A stretch of 64,000 bases of DNA from Paramecium tetraurelia (lineage: Eukaryota): assembly GCA_000165425.1 (NCBI GenBank), contig CT868005.1, forward strand, positions 186,001 to 250,000, written 5' to 3'. The stretch's first letter is position 1; every line of letters starts with the position of its first letter. The translations under genes and the position numbers were made by a program. The notes beneath the pieces are model-generated. The model did not search any database. It was not told where the DNA came from and was given only the letters and a program-made list of their open reading frames with translations. Shown piece by piece: positions 43,586 through 56,300 of the stretch.

Positions 43586-44617
43586 ATGAGTAAAGACTTC
43601 ATTCATCCTCCCTGTAAGAGATTCGGTAGAACTGCATTCGAGAATACTGGTTTCAATACAGTTCGTGCTCATCACAGTCTTCAAAAAGATGGTTGCACAA
43701 GAATGGAATCCTTAGTAATAATCGTATGTAAATAAAAATAGAAATTTTTGGCAAGAAAGAATTGCAAGATTGATGCTTCAATAATTTTGATGGGACCTAA
43801 GAAGCATAATATTCTGAGGTTGAAACCGAATAACAATCTGTGCATCAATGGTTGGGATTATGGCGAGAGTAATTTGAGTTAACAGAATTAGAGTAATATG
43901 AAACGAAGGAACCAAATAGAGATACATTAGTTGAGTAGATTCGTAATGGAGATGAGATGATGAAGAAATTGGAGGAGTACGATGACAAGATGAGAGAAAA
44001 AAATTTATTTAACTTTGGATATTAGGATAGATTCGTACAATTAATAAGCAATCAATTCAAATTACCTTAAAACAAAGAACAGAAGATAGAAAAAGTAAAA
44101 TGTTATTATTAAATAGATCTTAGCTCTAAAAAAATAGATGAGAAAAATAAACAAACTAAATCAAGAAACATTAAGCAAAATTAGTTAATAAGACATCGAA
44201 GTTGTAGACTCCACTTCAAGAATGATGTCATCTACTAAACGATCGAATTATTAACTGCCAATCTACAGTGAAAATGATTCAGTCATACAAAAATGCGATA
44301 CTGAAAATAATTTAAAATCTCGAGAAACTGAATCCCCAAATTTGAAATCCATCACTGATTTCAAAAACAAAATATTTGGAAATTATATCAAGAGAGTGAG
44401 TAAATAAAATAGTCAGCCCACTCTATTGTCTACTCAAAATAGTTATCGGCAACATTGCAAACCTTTAAGAAATTTACTCCTATGTAGTGGAATACAATTA
44501 GGAGAAACAAAAACTAATTGCAGGGACAAAAGCTATTACACTCGAGCAGTATTTTTTCCAACTGAATCGAATATAGCAAAACAATGCTCTTTGCTATAAT
44601 CATAATATCAATTTTGA
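43586..44617 (+). CDS. Hypothetical protein
   Basis: MSKDFIHPPCKRFG... long code-6 frame, S/K/N-rich, TGA at 44615-44617. Confidence 0.7.
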
Positions 44618-44621
44618 ATAT

Positions 44622-45996
44622 TCAAATTATGTGATCAAATTACGATGTATTCAATTTTTTTATACTCTTTTGTTTTTATCTGGGTTAGCTTGAATACTGC
44701 ATCCTCTCTGTAGTCACAAACGATCCTTAATACTCCTAAATTTCCTGATCCTTACTGAATTCAACAGTGTGCTATTTGGACTACAGAAACCCTTGCTTTT
44801 TTTGGATGACACTGTATTTTTGTATGTTCTTAAAGAATTCATGATTCAAACACTAAATAGCTGTAGGTCTCAACTTAGGATCTCTTGATAACATTCTTTA
44901 AACAAGATTCCTCAATAAAACAAATGCATACTGTCAAATTCACAGGCAGTTATTGCAGAGTTAGATACGTGAAATCAATATTGCATTTCTTATTGAGCTC
45001 AAAAACATAGGAAAATTAAGATCCTGGAAAGACATCCCTGCCTGTGAGCAATCTGTAAAAGATCACTCCACAACTGAAGATGTCGCAAGCCTTATCATAA
45101 GTCCCATTAGGATTTTATAAGTTAATGATTTCTGGAGCCACAAATCCAATAGTGCCGCATTTGGGATTTTTGAACTTCTCTACTTGGTTATGCAAATAAA
45201 TTTACTCAGTGTACTATAAGTAGCCAAACCTAAATCTACTATTTTCAACCTAACCTACCCTCCTTTTACCTCCAGAATGATATTTTCAGGTTTAATATCT
45301 CTATGCATAATGTTTTTTGAGTGCATGAATTCTATACCCTCCAATAAGGCCTCTCATATTTATTGATCATTATACATGCATAATTTGTTTAGTCTACTCC
45401 AATTGGAAAGGCTTATGATACCCAAGATACAATTATAAAGTTTTGCCCTTCAATAGATCCATCACAATGTAAAAACTGGTCTCTCCTTGATACACTTCCT
45501 TGACCTTAACAAAAGTAGGGTGCTACAATTGATTATTAATTTCAATTTCCTAAAAACTCATATCTTCCTTCTTCACACATTTTGCAGCATATTCTTGTCC
45601 ACTTTCCTTCTCTGTCACACCCATCACTTTCGAAGAACTTCCGCTCCCCAATATCTTCTAAGGATAGAAAAAGTCTTGAACTTTGGAGAACAGCATTCTC
45701 CCCGCTAAGAGACTTTTTAGTTTCTTCAGCAAATTGCCTTGATGACTCGTAAATTCGTATCCATTTATTGAAAACCCAATCAATAGGTCTTTCACAACGT
45801 ACCATTGTACTAAGTTTGGAAAACAAATCAAAAGAGAAATAAAGGGTTCTTCCTTATTATAAATATGCAAGAAATCTTTCTTCAAGATCAATCGATATGA
45901 ATCTTGTAATTTAATTTAAAGTATTTCATCATTATCGAGAAATTAGAGTTGAGTTTACAGAACCATCTAATAGACCTTCTCAAGGCACGGAAACAT
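44622..45996 (-). CDS. Ser/Thr protein kinase (CAMK-like)
   Basis: [47 protein letters not shown]. Confidence 0.92.
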
Positions 45997-46038
45997 TATA
46001 AAATTTGATAATTATTTTATGTATAAATACTTCCCAAC

Positions 46039-47202
46039 TCAAATCATAGTTTACATAGTCTAAAACACCAATTCTTATATTTCTGATGAGGGTTCAATTC
46101 TCATTTACCTCCCCATTGATTCAGGATGCTTGTCTATCTTCAAAGCCATGCTGTCAATACAACTTAACTAACTAGTGTAATCTCGTCTCTCACATGAAGA
46201 GTATTAAGATATCAACTCTGTTACATTACTAAGCCGATTATCTATCCACATGAATTCATTGAAATTTGATCTAACGTACCTTCTCTAATAGGATGTATAT
46301 TATCTCCATTTAATATAGAAATTCTCTATGAAACTTTTAACTCTTTGTCTCTTTAAACTTTCCTTTCTTGATTGAGAGTAATTGGGATTCGCATTAATCG
46401 CAGTGAAGTGGCCAATCAACTCCACAAAGAGATCATACCCTATAGGTGTACAAAATCTTAACTAACTAAGGTTGCCAATTTGCTTTATTTTATAAAATGT
46501 ATAAAATTCCTTCAAAATTCCTTATTAAATCATTTCATTGCACCTTTTGTTTCATGTATTGAATACCTTTCATAAATTATTTAACATATGTTTTCTTGGG
46601 GTTCACTAAGAAAGAACCCTCTAACATCCAGAATTTCACATAATTTAGGTTCATCATGTTTAAATGACGACTGATATTGTTTACCATTCGTAAGCAGAGC
46701 AAAGCGGATTGCTTTTATCAAACGATATTTATCTGTAATTGGTGGAGATTCGTTATATTTGTTACACAGTTGCTTCAAGAGAGTTTGAGGATCAGAACAA
46801 TCGAGGAGGATTTATTGAGCCTTTTGATCAGCCATCTGAATTTCTTCTTCGGTGAATTATTCATGTCTCGATTTTAATACTTAATTAATAAAGAAGCAAC
46901 ATCCTCCCTCAATAATGGGATTATCAATATTTTGAAGGAGTTTCAAGACTTCCTTCTTAAATTAGAAGCTAGTAATGAAATTGGTTAATCCATCGTACTT
47001 GCCTACCAATTCATAATTTGATAGATCCTTTGGCCAATGGGTGGATATTGGCCAATTTTTATAGACCTTTTTAAAGTTTACGATGAGCTACTTGCAAAGA
47101 ATCAGCAGGGATGACCTTAGTGTTCATCTATTTGCTTAAGACTTGGACAATTTCTTATTTTTATGACCCAGCGAGACCGGAGACTATTAATAATTTTTTC
47201 AT
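46039..47202 (-). CDS. miaA: tRNA dimethylallyltransferase-like (MiaA/IPT family), degenerate P-loop
   Basis: KLLIVSGLAGSQKQ, IPADSLQVYK, IIEGGCCFFI, DKYRLIKAI, IYERCNEMIQQG, PIGY and WRQYTSYQRRY follow the MiaA motif order; two tiny introns. Confidence 0.8.
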
Positions 47203-47211
47203 ATATAAAAA

Positions 47212-48172
47212 ATGCTTAAAAGAATTGTTAATTGGTTTCCTCGATTCTCATATTAATTCGGAGGAGTCTATAAATTTGTCATGGAAGCAAATGATTTGTA
47301 GGAAATAGAGAAATTAAGTGAAGAGAGGATGATCTTTTTAAATTGTTATGCTTCTTGGTCCTCAGAATGCAAATAATTCAATTAAACATTACTGGGACAT
47401 GTGAGACAGTATGAGAATGTAGGCACACTTATTAATGTCGACATCAATAAGAATGAAGAAATTAAGTAATAATTGTAGATTCAATCCATTCCCTTTGTAG
47501 CTTTGGTTTATAAGAACTCTTTCATAGATATATATTAGAAAAATTAAAATTTAGAGAATTTCATTGCTTCTATAGATCGTTTATCCAAGGAGATAAAGGG
47601 AGAGGTAATAGGGGACAAGATTATAGTGGAGTTGAATCAGCATTCCTTCAAAGAAAATGCCCAAGAATTGATTAAATTAAGTGCTTCAGGTCTGGAAAAC
47701 GAAAGATTAAAACAATATTATGATAAGTTTAGACTGTACTAGGCTAAGGGACATGTGTTATTAGGGTAATTTGATATGGCGGAGGCATTGTTCAAGTAGA
47801 TTGAAAGGAAATAACAAGACTAAGAATTTAATAAACTACACTAGGAGATCACGGAATTCTATAAAATGATTAAGGATTGGCATGAACTACCTCAGACGAT
47901 AAAGGAGGAGTTGCAAGAATTGGACAAGAGACCAGATGATTTGAATTTGAGATTTCAGATTAGTGAGAATGCTATAAGTCATAGAAAATACGATTTGGCT
48001 ATAGATTTGTTATTGGATGTATATTTGATTTCGAATTTAGTTAGTAAGGATTGATAGGAATTGGGAGGGCAGGAAAGCACAGAAGAGTTTACAATAAATT
48101 TTTAGGGAATTGGGGTCGCAAAATGAGAGAGTAATTAGGAGTCGTCATGAATTGGCGTAGTTATTATATTGA
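47212..48172 (+). CDS. cnoX: Thioredoxin-like plus TPR protein, CnoX/YbbN chaperedoxin-like
   Basis: LLNCYASWSSEC, VDIN...IQSIPFV, then PDDLNLRFQ...AIDLLLDLVRIDRNW...IFRELG...RHELAQLLY* like the YbbN C-terminus. Confidence 0.8.
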
Positions 48173-48183
48173 ATTTAAATTAA

Positions 48184-48553
48184 TCAAACTCTTCCTCCGA
48201 TTTCCAATTGATTTTCTTATAATTTCTTGTTGATGAAGTCTTGTATTAGTTGTGTTCTCACTTGCAATCCATTATACCAGAAATATCCAATTCCAGGGAT
48301 GTAAATGCAAAAGAAGATGACCATGAAACAAATGACTGTGGCTTCGAAATTGTTATGAATGCCAGCCATACCTACGATTAAAATTCACATTACACACAAT
48401 CCAAATGAATATGATGACCATGTATGTTAACAATATCAATCCAACGATGGCCAACCATTCCATTAAAGTTGTTTTTTGCTCTTAGGCTTCATTTTTGTTT
48501 TGTGGGACATCGTCATAATACCCATTTTGTTATTACAAGAATCCTTGTTACAT
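48184..48553 (-). CDS. Small two-TM membrane protein
   Basis: WLAIVGLILLTYMVIIFIWIV and TVICFMVIFFCIYIPGIGYFW; one 22-nt intron. Confidence 0.7.
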
Positions 48554-48670
48554 AATTAAATTATTTAAGATTCCATATTATTTTGCAAATAAATTTCAGA
48601 GTGTATGATGCAATGTATAGAGACATTTAAAATAGAGGATTAATTGTTCATATTAATAATATTTAATCAA

Positions 48671-50281
48671 TCAATCATTTTTGCTGAATCTGACAGTCTT
48701 GAACTTCTTATCCAGATATCTCTAATCTCTGCATTAGCCAATTGCCACCAAAGGACATTGCTGTCTTTTTTCAACCATCCCTTAAATGATACATTAAATG
48801 CAAAATAGGAAATGTTAACACGGAAAATGGATAACTTCCCTCGTGTTCTTCTAACACTTGATACATAACTCCTGAATAATCCTCTGTCTTCTTCTAGTCT
48901 TGCTTTTCAGTTTGTCCTATTCATCCTGTCGCAGTTTCTCCCCCAAATTTGTGATTTAAGCCTTGAGATCCTGGGTTTCGTAATGAACCTTGTTTCTTTT
49001 CTCGGTGTAGATCTCAACTCGTTACAGTAGTTTTAGTTTCTCTTTCGCAAATGAATCAGCTAATTTGAATAGTTCAGATTGATTTGTCATATCACTTTAG
49101 ATTTTGGTTCTTTAGACTTGATAATAATGGTCGAGTTTAGTGCTACGATCTTGAAGATCGATTATAGATTGTTCTTTTAATTATTACTTAACTGATTCGA
49201 AATCATTTAATTACTTATTTTACGTAGTCAATTGTATTCTTAATTGGGTTTCCAGGTTTTCAAGTTTTTAGATCTTTTATTCCAACACTTTGCTTTCCTC
49301 AATTTTCTTCTAATCGAATTTGGACTTCTCCTGTTCAATAGATTTTGCAATTTCCAATTATTCATTCAATAACTTTTGTAATTCTAATAATTATATATTA
49401 TCCGTAGGCTTTTTTGTGGGGAGATTCAACAATTGCTCAGATGATGTTGGGATGGCCAGTATCACCCAAGGTTCTTGAAATTGAACACCTGGAAAGGGAT
49501 TCACATCCTCATGAATCAAAATCCAAAGGTAAAAGAACTTATTGATTTATCTTCTATTCATATACATGATATGATCCTCTGGATTGGTGAGAGCAGTTTC
49601 CATAAACTCGCATACTCTTGATTGGTCAAACAGCTGACTACTCAATTTGATATTGTGTTTAACCATTAATTGATGAAAGGAATCTTTGGTTAATTTATAA
49701 GGATACTCTTTATTGATCATTGAGAGATCTTTGTAATGATTAAACAATTTGTGATAAGCAGACTCCAACACTTTGGATTGCAACAAGTACAATTACAATT
49801 TCTCCTTTTTCTCAATTTGCAAATTCCTGATTTTGGCAACGGTGTCTCTTGGGATGTTCAACCTAGGATCAGTTTTGTGCAGAGGAAATATGCTCTCAGG
49901 TTGGTGGTCCTTCTTATTCAGGTAATGGTCTTTGTAGTTTTCAATAAGTTTGATGATTTCCCATCTTCCTTTTTTGGACAAATTTATCCATTGCTCTGGC
50001 TTTTTATCGAAAACCATCTCAAAGTTCATTATATGTTCGGTGTCTTTGTGATCCAATAATTGCTGGAGTTCCTCAAAGACTTTGAGACAGCGATGACACA
50101 TGTAGTATTATGAGGATTATCTGATTTCGGATCTCTGATTTAGTAAATGACATTTCTACAGGTGCACCAAGTAATCCCAGACATTGTTGAATGTGATTGT
50201 GTGAAGTTGTACTGAATTGTAGGGACATTCCTAATTGAAGTTAGGTTGTTGAATCGAATCGGGATTTTCTGGATTTTGCAT
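48671..50281 (-). CDS. RING-HC protein with N-terminal zinc fingers
   Basis: C-terminal CIKC...PCQHFLFCIQC...CPLVAIGQC RING; N-terminal CPYN..H..HLQKC and CHRC..H..H fingers. Confidence 0.8.
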
Positions 50282-50385
50282 TGATATTATTTAAGAGCCA
50301 TTTCAATTAGCATCTTGAGGATTGCTGCTTCGAAAAGCCTCTTAATTTTTTGTTGTAATGATTAATATTTTTCAATTAATTTATC

Positions 50386-53300
50386 ATGGGAAATCAAATC
50401 ATGGGCAAATTCAGGAAAACCAGATTCCAAGGTTTTTCCGAAAATCAAATTGATTATTTAAGGTATCTATAACAATTCCATTTAAGTGACAAATGGTTGT
50501 AAATTGAAAGCAACGGAGTGATCGATCCAAACAAGTTCGCTGATCAATACAATGTTACTCACAAGGAAGCCATTAAGGTAATGAAGTTCTGTTAATTTTA
50601 AATAGATTATCAAGTTGATGGACTTTGATGACAGCGGCCGAGTCGACTACTATAAATTTAAAGTAGGAGTTGCACAATTATGCCAGAATCCAATGACAGT
50701 AATATAAGTATATTTATGAACCTCTAGACAACCGCAAGAACTATTTTTGATCTCTACGACGAGGATAGAGACAACAAATTGGGACCTAAGGAAGTGGGTA
50801 TCTTTTTAACAAGCATATTTAATAATCTTCACTACTATGAAGGTTTAGATGACCCAACACCCAAGGAAGTTGAAGAAAAACTCCAACAATATCTGGTGAA
50901 GTGGGATTTGGATAGAGACGGAGGATTTGAATATGAAGAATATTTAAAATTGATGCAAAAAGATCCTGACGTGTTGAAAGTACTATACAATATGGGATTG
51001 GCTAATAAAGATGAATTGACAATCGAAGAGACTTGTTATAACGACATTGACAGTGACATTGAAATCGAGATGGAGAGAAGATTACTGCCTAGAGATGAGA
51101 GAGTTGAACGTATCAAAAATGGAATTGAACACACAATATCAGCAGAGGCAAGTGACGAGTTTGGAATGGAAGAGGAGGAAGTGGTAATGGAATGGAAGGA
51201 TTAAGCAAAGAGATTGGAGCCAACTAAGAAACTAGAAGGAATGGATGCTTCTCCACCAAATGCTATTCTTGATTTGGAGTATATTTATGGATATAGATGT
51301 CATGATACTAGAAACAATTTAAAATATGGAAACAAGGGATAAATTGTTTATCATACAGCTGGTGTTGGAATAGTCTTGGATCCAAGCAATATGAGTTAAA
51401 AACACTTTTTGGAACATAATGATGATATATCTTGTTTGGATATATATGAAAATTTGGTGTTAACTGGATAAGTAGGTCTTAATCCAATGTTGATGGTGTG
51501 GAACATTGACAATATGAGAATGGTTTGTCTCTTCAATGATGTCTTGAAGAATGGTATATCTAATTGTTGTTTTTCAAATGATGGAAAGAGTGTGGCTGCT
51601 GTTGCTATGGATGATGACCATTTCATGGCTGTTTATGATATTGATATAGCTGTGAATTCAAGGAAGGATCCAAAGAATAAAGCATCTCCCTTGATTGCAG
51701 GTGGAAAATTAACAAAATAAGAAATCTTTGACATTAAATTCTTACCAGGTGATTGGTAAATTGTTGTAGCTTGCATGAAAGAAATCAGTATTTGCACATG
51801 GAAAAATGGTACAATCCTGGCTGAAAGAGGAGTTTGGAAGGAATAATAGCCTCAACCTGTCTTGACAATTGCTATCAATGGAGGATATATTGTTACAGGT
51901 GTTTTCAATGGAAATTTCTTGTGTTGGAAGAAAAACATTTGTGTTAAGAGTGTCAAGGCTCACGTTACTCCAGTCAAAGCAATCATGACAAGATCAGCTG
52001 GTAGAGGAATCATATCTGCTGATAAGAGAGGTATCATTATGGGTTGGGATCCATAATTTAATAAAGTGTTTGAAATTGACACCAAAGATTTACCACTCAA
52101 ATTAAGTTATCCACCCAAAGGATCACCTAATGTTATTTCCGTCTGTGAAAGTCCTGAAGGTAAAATCTTGTTTGGTACCAGGAGATCAGAGATTGCAGAA
52201 ATCCTTAGTTATGAGGAGGGTTAAAAAATATAATGTAAATTACTCATGTAAGGACATTTCAATGGAGAATTGTGGGGATTAGATACACATCCAACCTAGA
52301 ATATATTTTATACTGTTGGAGAAGATGAGATGTTGGGTATGTGGGATGTCAAATAGAAGAAATTACTTAAGTCAACACCTAATCAATATGCCAGCAAAAC
52401 ATTGAGTGTTAGTCAAAATGGTAAATGGGTAGCCACTGGTTGTTCTAATGGAAGAACATTCATCTATGATGCAAGTTCTTTAAAAAAATTATCAGAGATA
52501 ACTGAAGTTGTAGATCCTGATAAGGAAATCATTTCATTAATCAGATTCTCCCCTAATAATGAACTTTTGTGTGTTTGTTATAAGCCACCATTTTCAGAAA
52601 TTGCCTTCTATTCAACGAAAACCTGGAAAAAACAAAGTAAAATCCCTAATTGCAAATATCATGTCTACACTTTAGACTTCTCTGCCGATAGTAAATTCAT
52701 CCAATTAAATACCAGCAATTATACTATTGAATTTTATGATGTAAGTTCAGCACAACCTGTATAATTTGAAGCTGCCAAAGATATTTAATGGTTCACTTGG
52801 ACTTGCATTTATGGATGGTAAGTTTAAGGTATTTGGCCAGATTGTTCTGATGGTGATGATGTCAATGCCACTGATAGATCAAAGGATGGCAAATGTTTGG
52901 TTGCTTGTGATGACTTTGGCAAAATCAAATTATTCAAGTATCCTTGTCCACAACCAAAAAGTGGATGTATCAAATACACAGGACACTCCTCTTATGTCTG
53001 TGGAGTCAAGTTCACAAATAGTGGTGAGCATATCATTTCAGTGGGAGGTGACGAATTATCAATATTTTAATGGAGATATATCTTCTCGCCATCCAGATTA
53101 GATGTCTAAGATATACAGGAGGAGCCTGAAAAAGTTGAAGAAAATGTTGGTGGAGCCATGTTTGAATAAGAAGAATTAGATAAGGGTGATATGATTGGAG
53201 CAGTCAAACCATTTTTAGGTGAAGTCTAACATTCAGTTCCATCATGGTACAAACCAAACAAGGCTAGAGATAATTAGGACCCAAAGGGTAATTTATCATT

Positions 53301-56300
53301 GTATCATGTTCATGGATTCAGATTCTTTTATATTTTGGATGAATGCAGAGACATGATGGGGTGGACAGATAAAAATAAAGTTGTTTTTGTATCAGCTGCT
53401 TTAGGAGTGGAGGTAGATCCTAAGACTTAACAACAAGCATTCTTTAATAAACATGAAGAGGACATAGTTAGTTTTGCTTTGCATCCAAATAGAAACATAG
53501 CAGCCACAGGACAGATGGCTTAGGCAGGTAAAGCTAAATGTATTGATATTTTTGTTTGGGACATCGACTCAAAGGAGGTGTTGGCTAACTTTAACCAATT
53601 TCATTTAAGAGCTATAGTGTTATTGAAGTTTTCACCAGATGGATCTTTATTGTTAACAGTTGGTTAAGATGATGACAATTCGCTAGCCATTTATGATTGG
53701 TAAGGAAAAAGATAAATTTGTACATCCAACATAGATAAGGCAAAGGTTAACGGAGCAGCTTGGAAAGACAATGAAGAATTTGTGACTGTAGGAAACAAGC
53801 ACATCAAATTTTGGAAGATAAGTGGACGTAATGTCTAAGGCAAGATGGGTTAATAGTAAGGCAAATTCGAATCTTAATTCTCAGTGGCTTATGCATTTGA
53901 CAATCAAGTCATAGTTTCAGGAGGAGGCAGTGGAACTGTGTTTTGCTGGAAAGGTGGAAGTAGTGATAAAGGAGTCAAGGGTCACGAGGGCAAAGTGTGT
54001 TCATTCATTATGGATAAGGCCAAGAAGTTATTATATTCTGGTGGTTTAGATGGCAAAGTAAACTCATGGGGTTATGAAGGAGGTTAATTGGTAAAGAAAT
54101 AAGAGATCATCAATTTGGCTACAAATCCACTCTTCCCACCAGGTGTTGTGGCCATGGATTACAACGAAAAGACTTAACAGTGGTTATTTGGTACCAATGG
54201 TGCTTAGATATTCTCTTATGATCCAACTAAAAAATAAACTAATATTGTAGTGTAAGGTCATTATGGTGAAGAATTATGGGGAGCTTGTGCTGCTCCAACT
54301 GGACACAAATATGTCACAGGAGGTGGTGATAAGACAGTTAGAGTTTGGGACATCGATTAAAAGAAGATGGTTTGTGTTAGTAAACCATTTCCAAGTGAAG
54401 TTAGAGCTGTCGATTGGTCAACTGATGGTAAATTTATAGTTTGTGGTGATCTCAATGGATTTGTATATCTATTAGATCCTAATACTTTATAAGTTATGGA
54501 CACTGCCAAGACCATCTTTACCACTATGCCTAAGAGATAGTCTACATATTGGATTGATGATTTAAAGATATCACCTGATTGTAAAAAGGTAGCCTTTGGT
54601 GCTCATGGTGGTGCATCACATTTGGAGGTTTGGACTATTGAATATCCAAAATTTGGTAAATAAGGAACCAAAATTTAATGTGGTTTAACTTCAGCTTTGA
54701 CTGCTTTGGATTGGTCAGTTGATTCATCTATCGTAATTGTCAATAGTGGGGCATATGAACTTAAGTATGTTGATGTAAATGCCAAGAAAAATCAAGCATC
54801 CTCTAGTTAAGCTAACACAGAGTTTGCTAGTTGGACTTGTAAATTGGGATGGCCTGTTTAAGGTATTTTCCCTTCAGCTGATTACAGTGATGTCAATACT
54901 GTTTGTAGAAGCAATAGTAAAAAATACTTGGTTTCTGGAGAAGATACTCAACATGTTGTTTTGATGAACTATCCAGTTGTAGTACCCAAATAAAAGAGAA
55001 AAGAGTATATTGGACATTCATCTCATGTTATGAGAGTCAGATTTACATGTGATGATAATTTCTTGATTTCAGTAGGTGGAAATGATAAGTCAATTATTGT
55101 ATGGAAAACAGATTTTGGAAGTGCCCAAGGAAAAGTCGAATAAGTAAATTTGTAAGAACTCTGTAAGGAAGAAGGAGCAGATGATATCGATATGCCTGTT
55201 AAGAAGAAGAAGGCTTAAGCACCTCCTAAAAAGTAAATCTAACAAGATGAAAATTCAGTATTCTCCCAAGAGGAAACAGATGAAGGAGATTAATTTATGG
55301 CATGCAAACCATGGATGGGAGCTATTAAAGAACCAACATACTAATATTATTCAAATAAAACAGAGGGACATAAACCACCAAAATGTGATTTGGAAATTGA
55401 ATATGTACATGGTTATCGTACAAAAGATATGAGAAATAATTTATTCTTTTTAGCAAATGGCTAAGTGTTGTATAATGCAGCTGCATTAGGAATCATTTTA
55501 GACGTTGGCAGCAACACCCAAACTTATTTCAATAAGCATGAAGATGATATCACAGCAATAGATTTGAATCCTGTAGATAGAATGACCGTAGCTACTGGTG
55601 AACTAGGAGCTAAGCCAAATATCTTTGTTTGGAATGCTGAGACCAAGGAAGTGAAATGCTAGTTCAAAGCCCCATTGTAAAAAGGTATCATAGCAATGGC
55701 ATTTACTCCTAATGGCAAAAGATTAGTTGCTGGAGCAGTTGATGTTGATCATTCATTGGCAGTTTTCGATGTGAGTGGAAAAGGAGCTGTATTGTGGTCA
55801 GACAAGAGTGGCCCAGATGTTATTGTTGATTTAAGATGGAATACAGATGATGCATTTGTCACAGTCGGAGTTAAACATTATAAATGTTGGAAATATGATA
55901 ATGGTAAATGTCAAGGAAAGAAGGGATAATTCGGAAAGGGAGCAAGTAACAATTTATCAGGAATTGCTATTAATGGAAATGATACCTTATGTGGAGGTGC
56001 AGATGGATGCATATAATTATGGAAAGGAGAAGCATTTATGAAACCATTACCAAGTAAACATGCTCAAATATGCGATTGTATTACTGTGACACAAGATTAT
56101 GTTTTCTCAGGAGGAAGAGATGGAGTGTTCTTTGTTTTAAGTAAAAATTATGAAGAAATCTTGGCTGTCAAAGTAAAGGAAAAGTGTCCAGATTCTGTGT
56201 GTCCTAGTGTCAGAGCTATCTATGCTGATTTGCCAAATTCTAAATTGCTGATTGGAACATTGGGAAGTGAAATTTATCAATTCTCTTGGGATGGTGGAGC

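Noticed and set aside
46261..46309. ATG at 46309 as the kinase start
   Set aside because: The region encodes the MiaA C-terminal motif WRQYTSYQRRY in another frame; the kinase starts at 45996.
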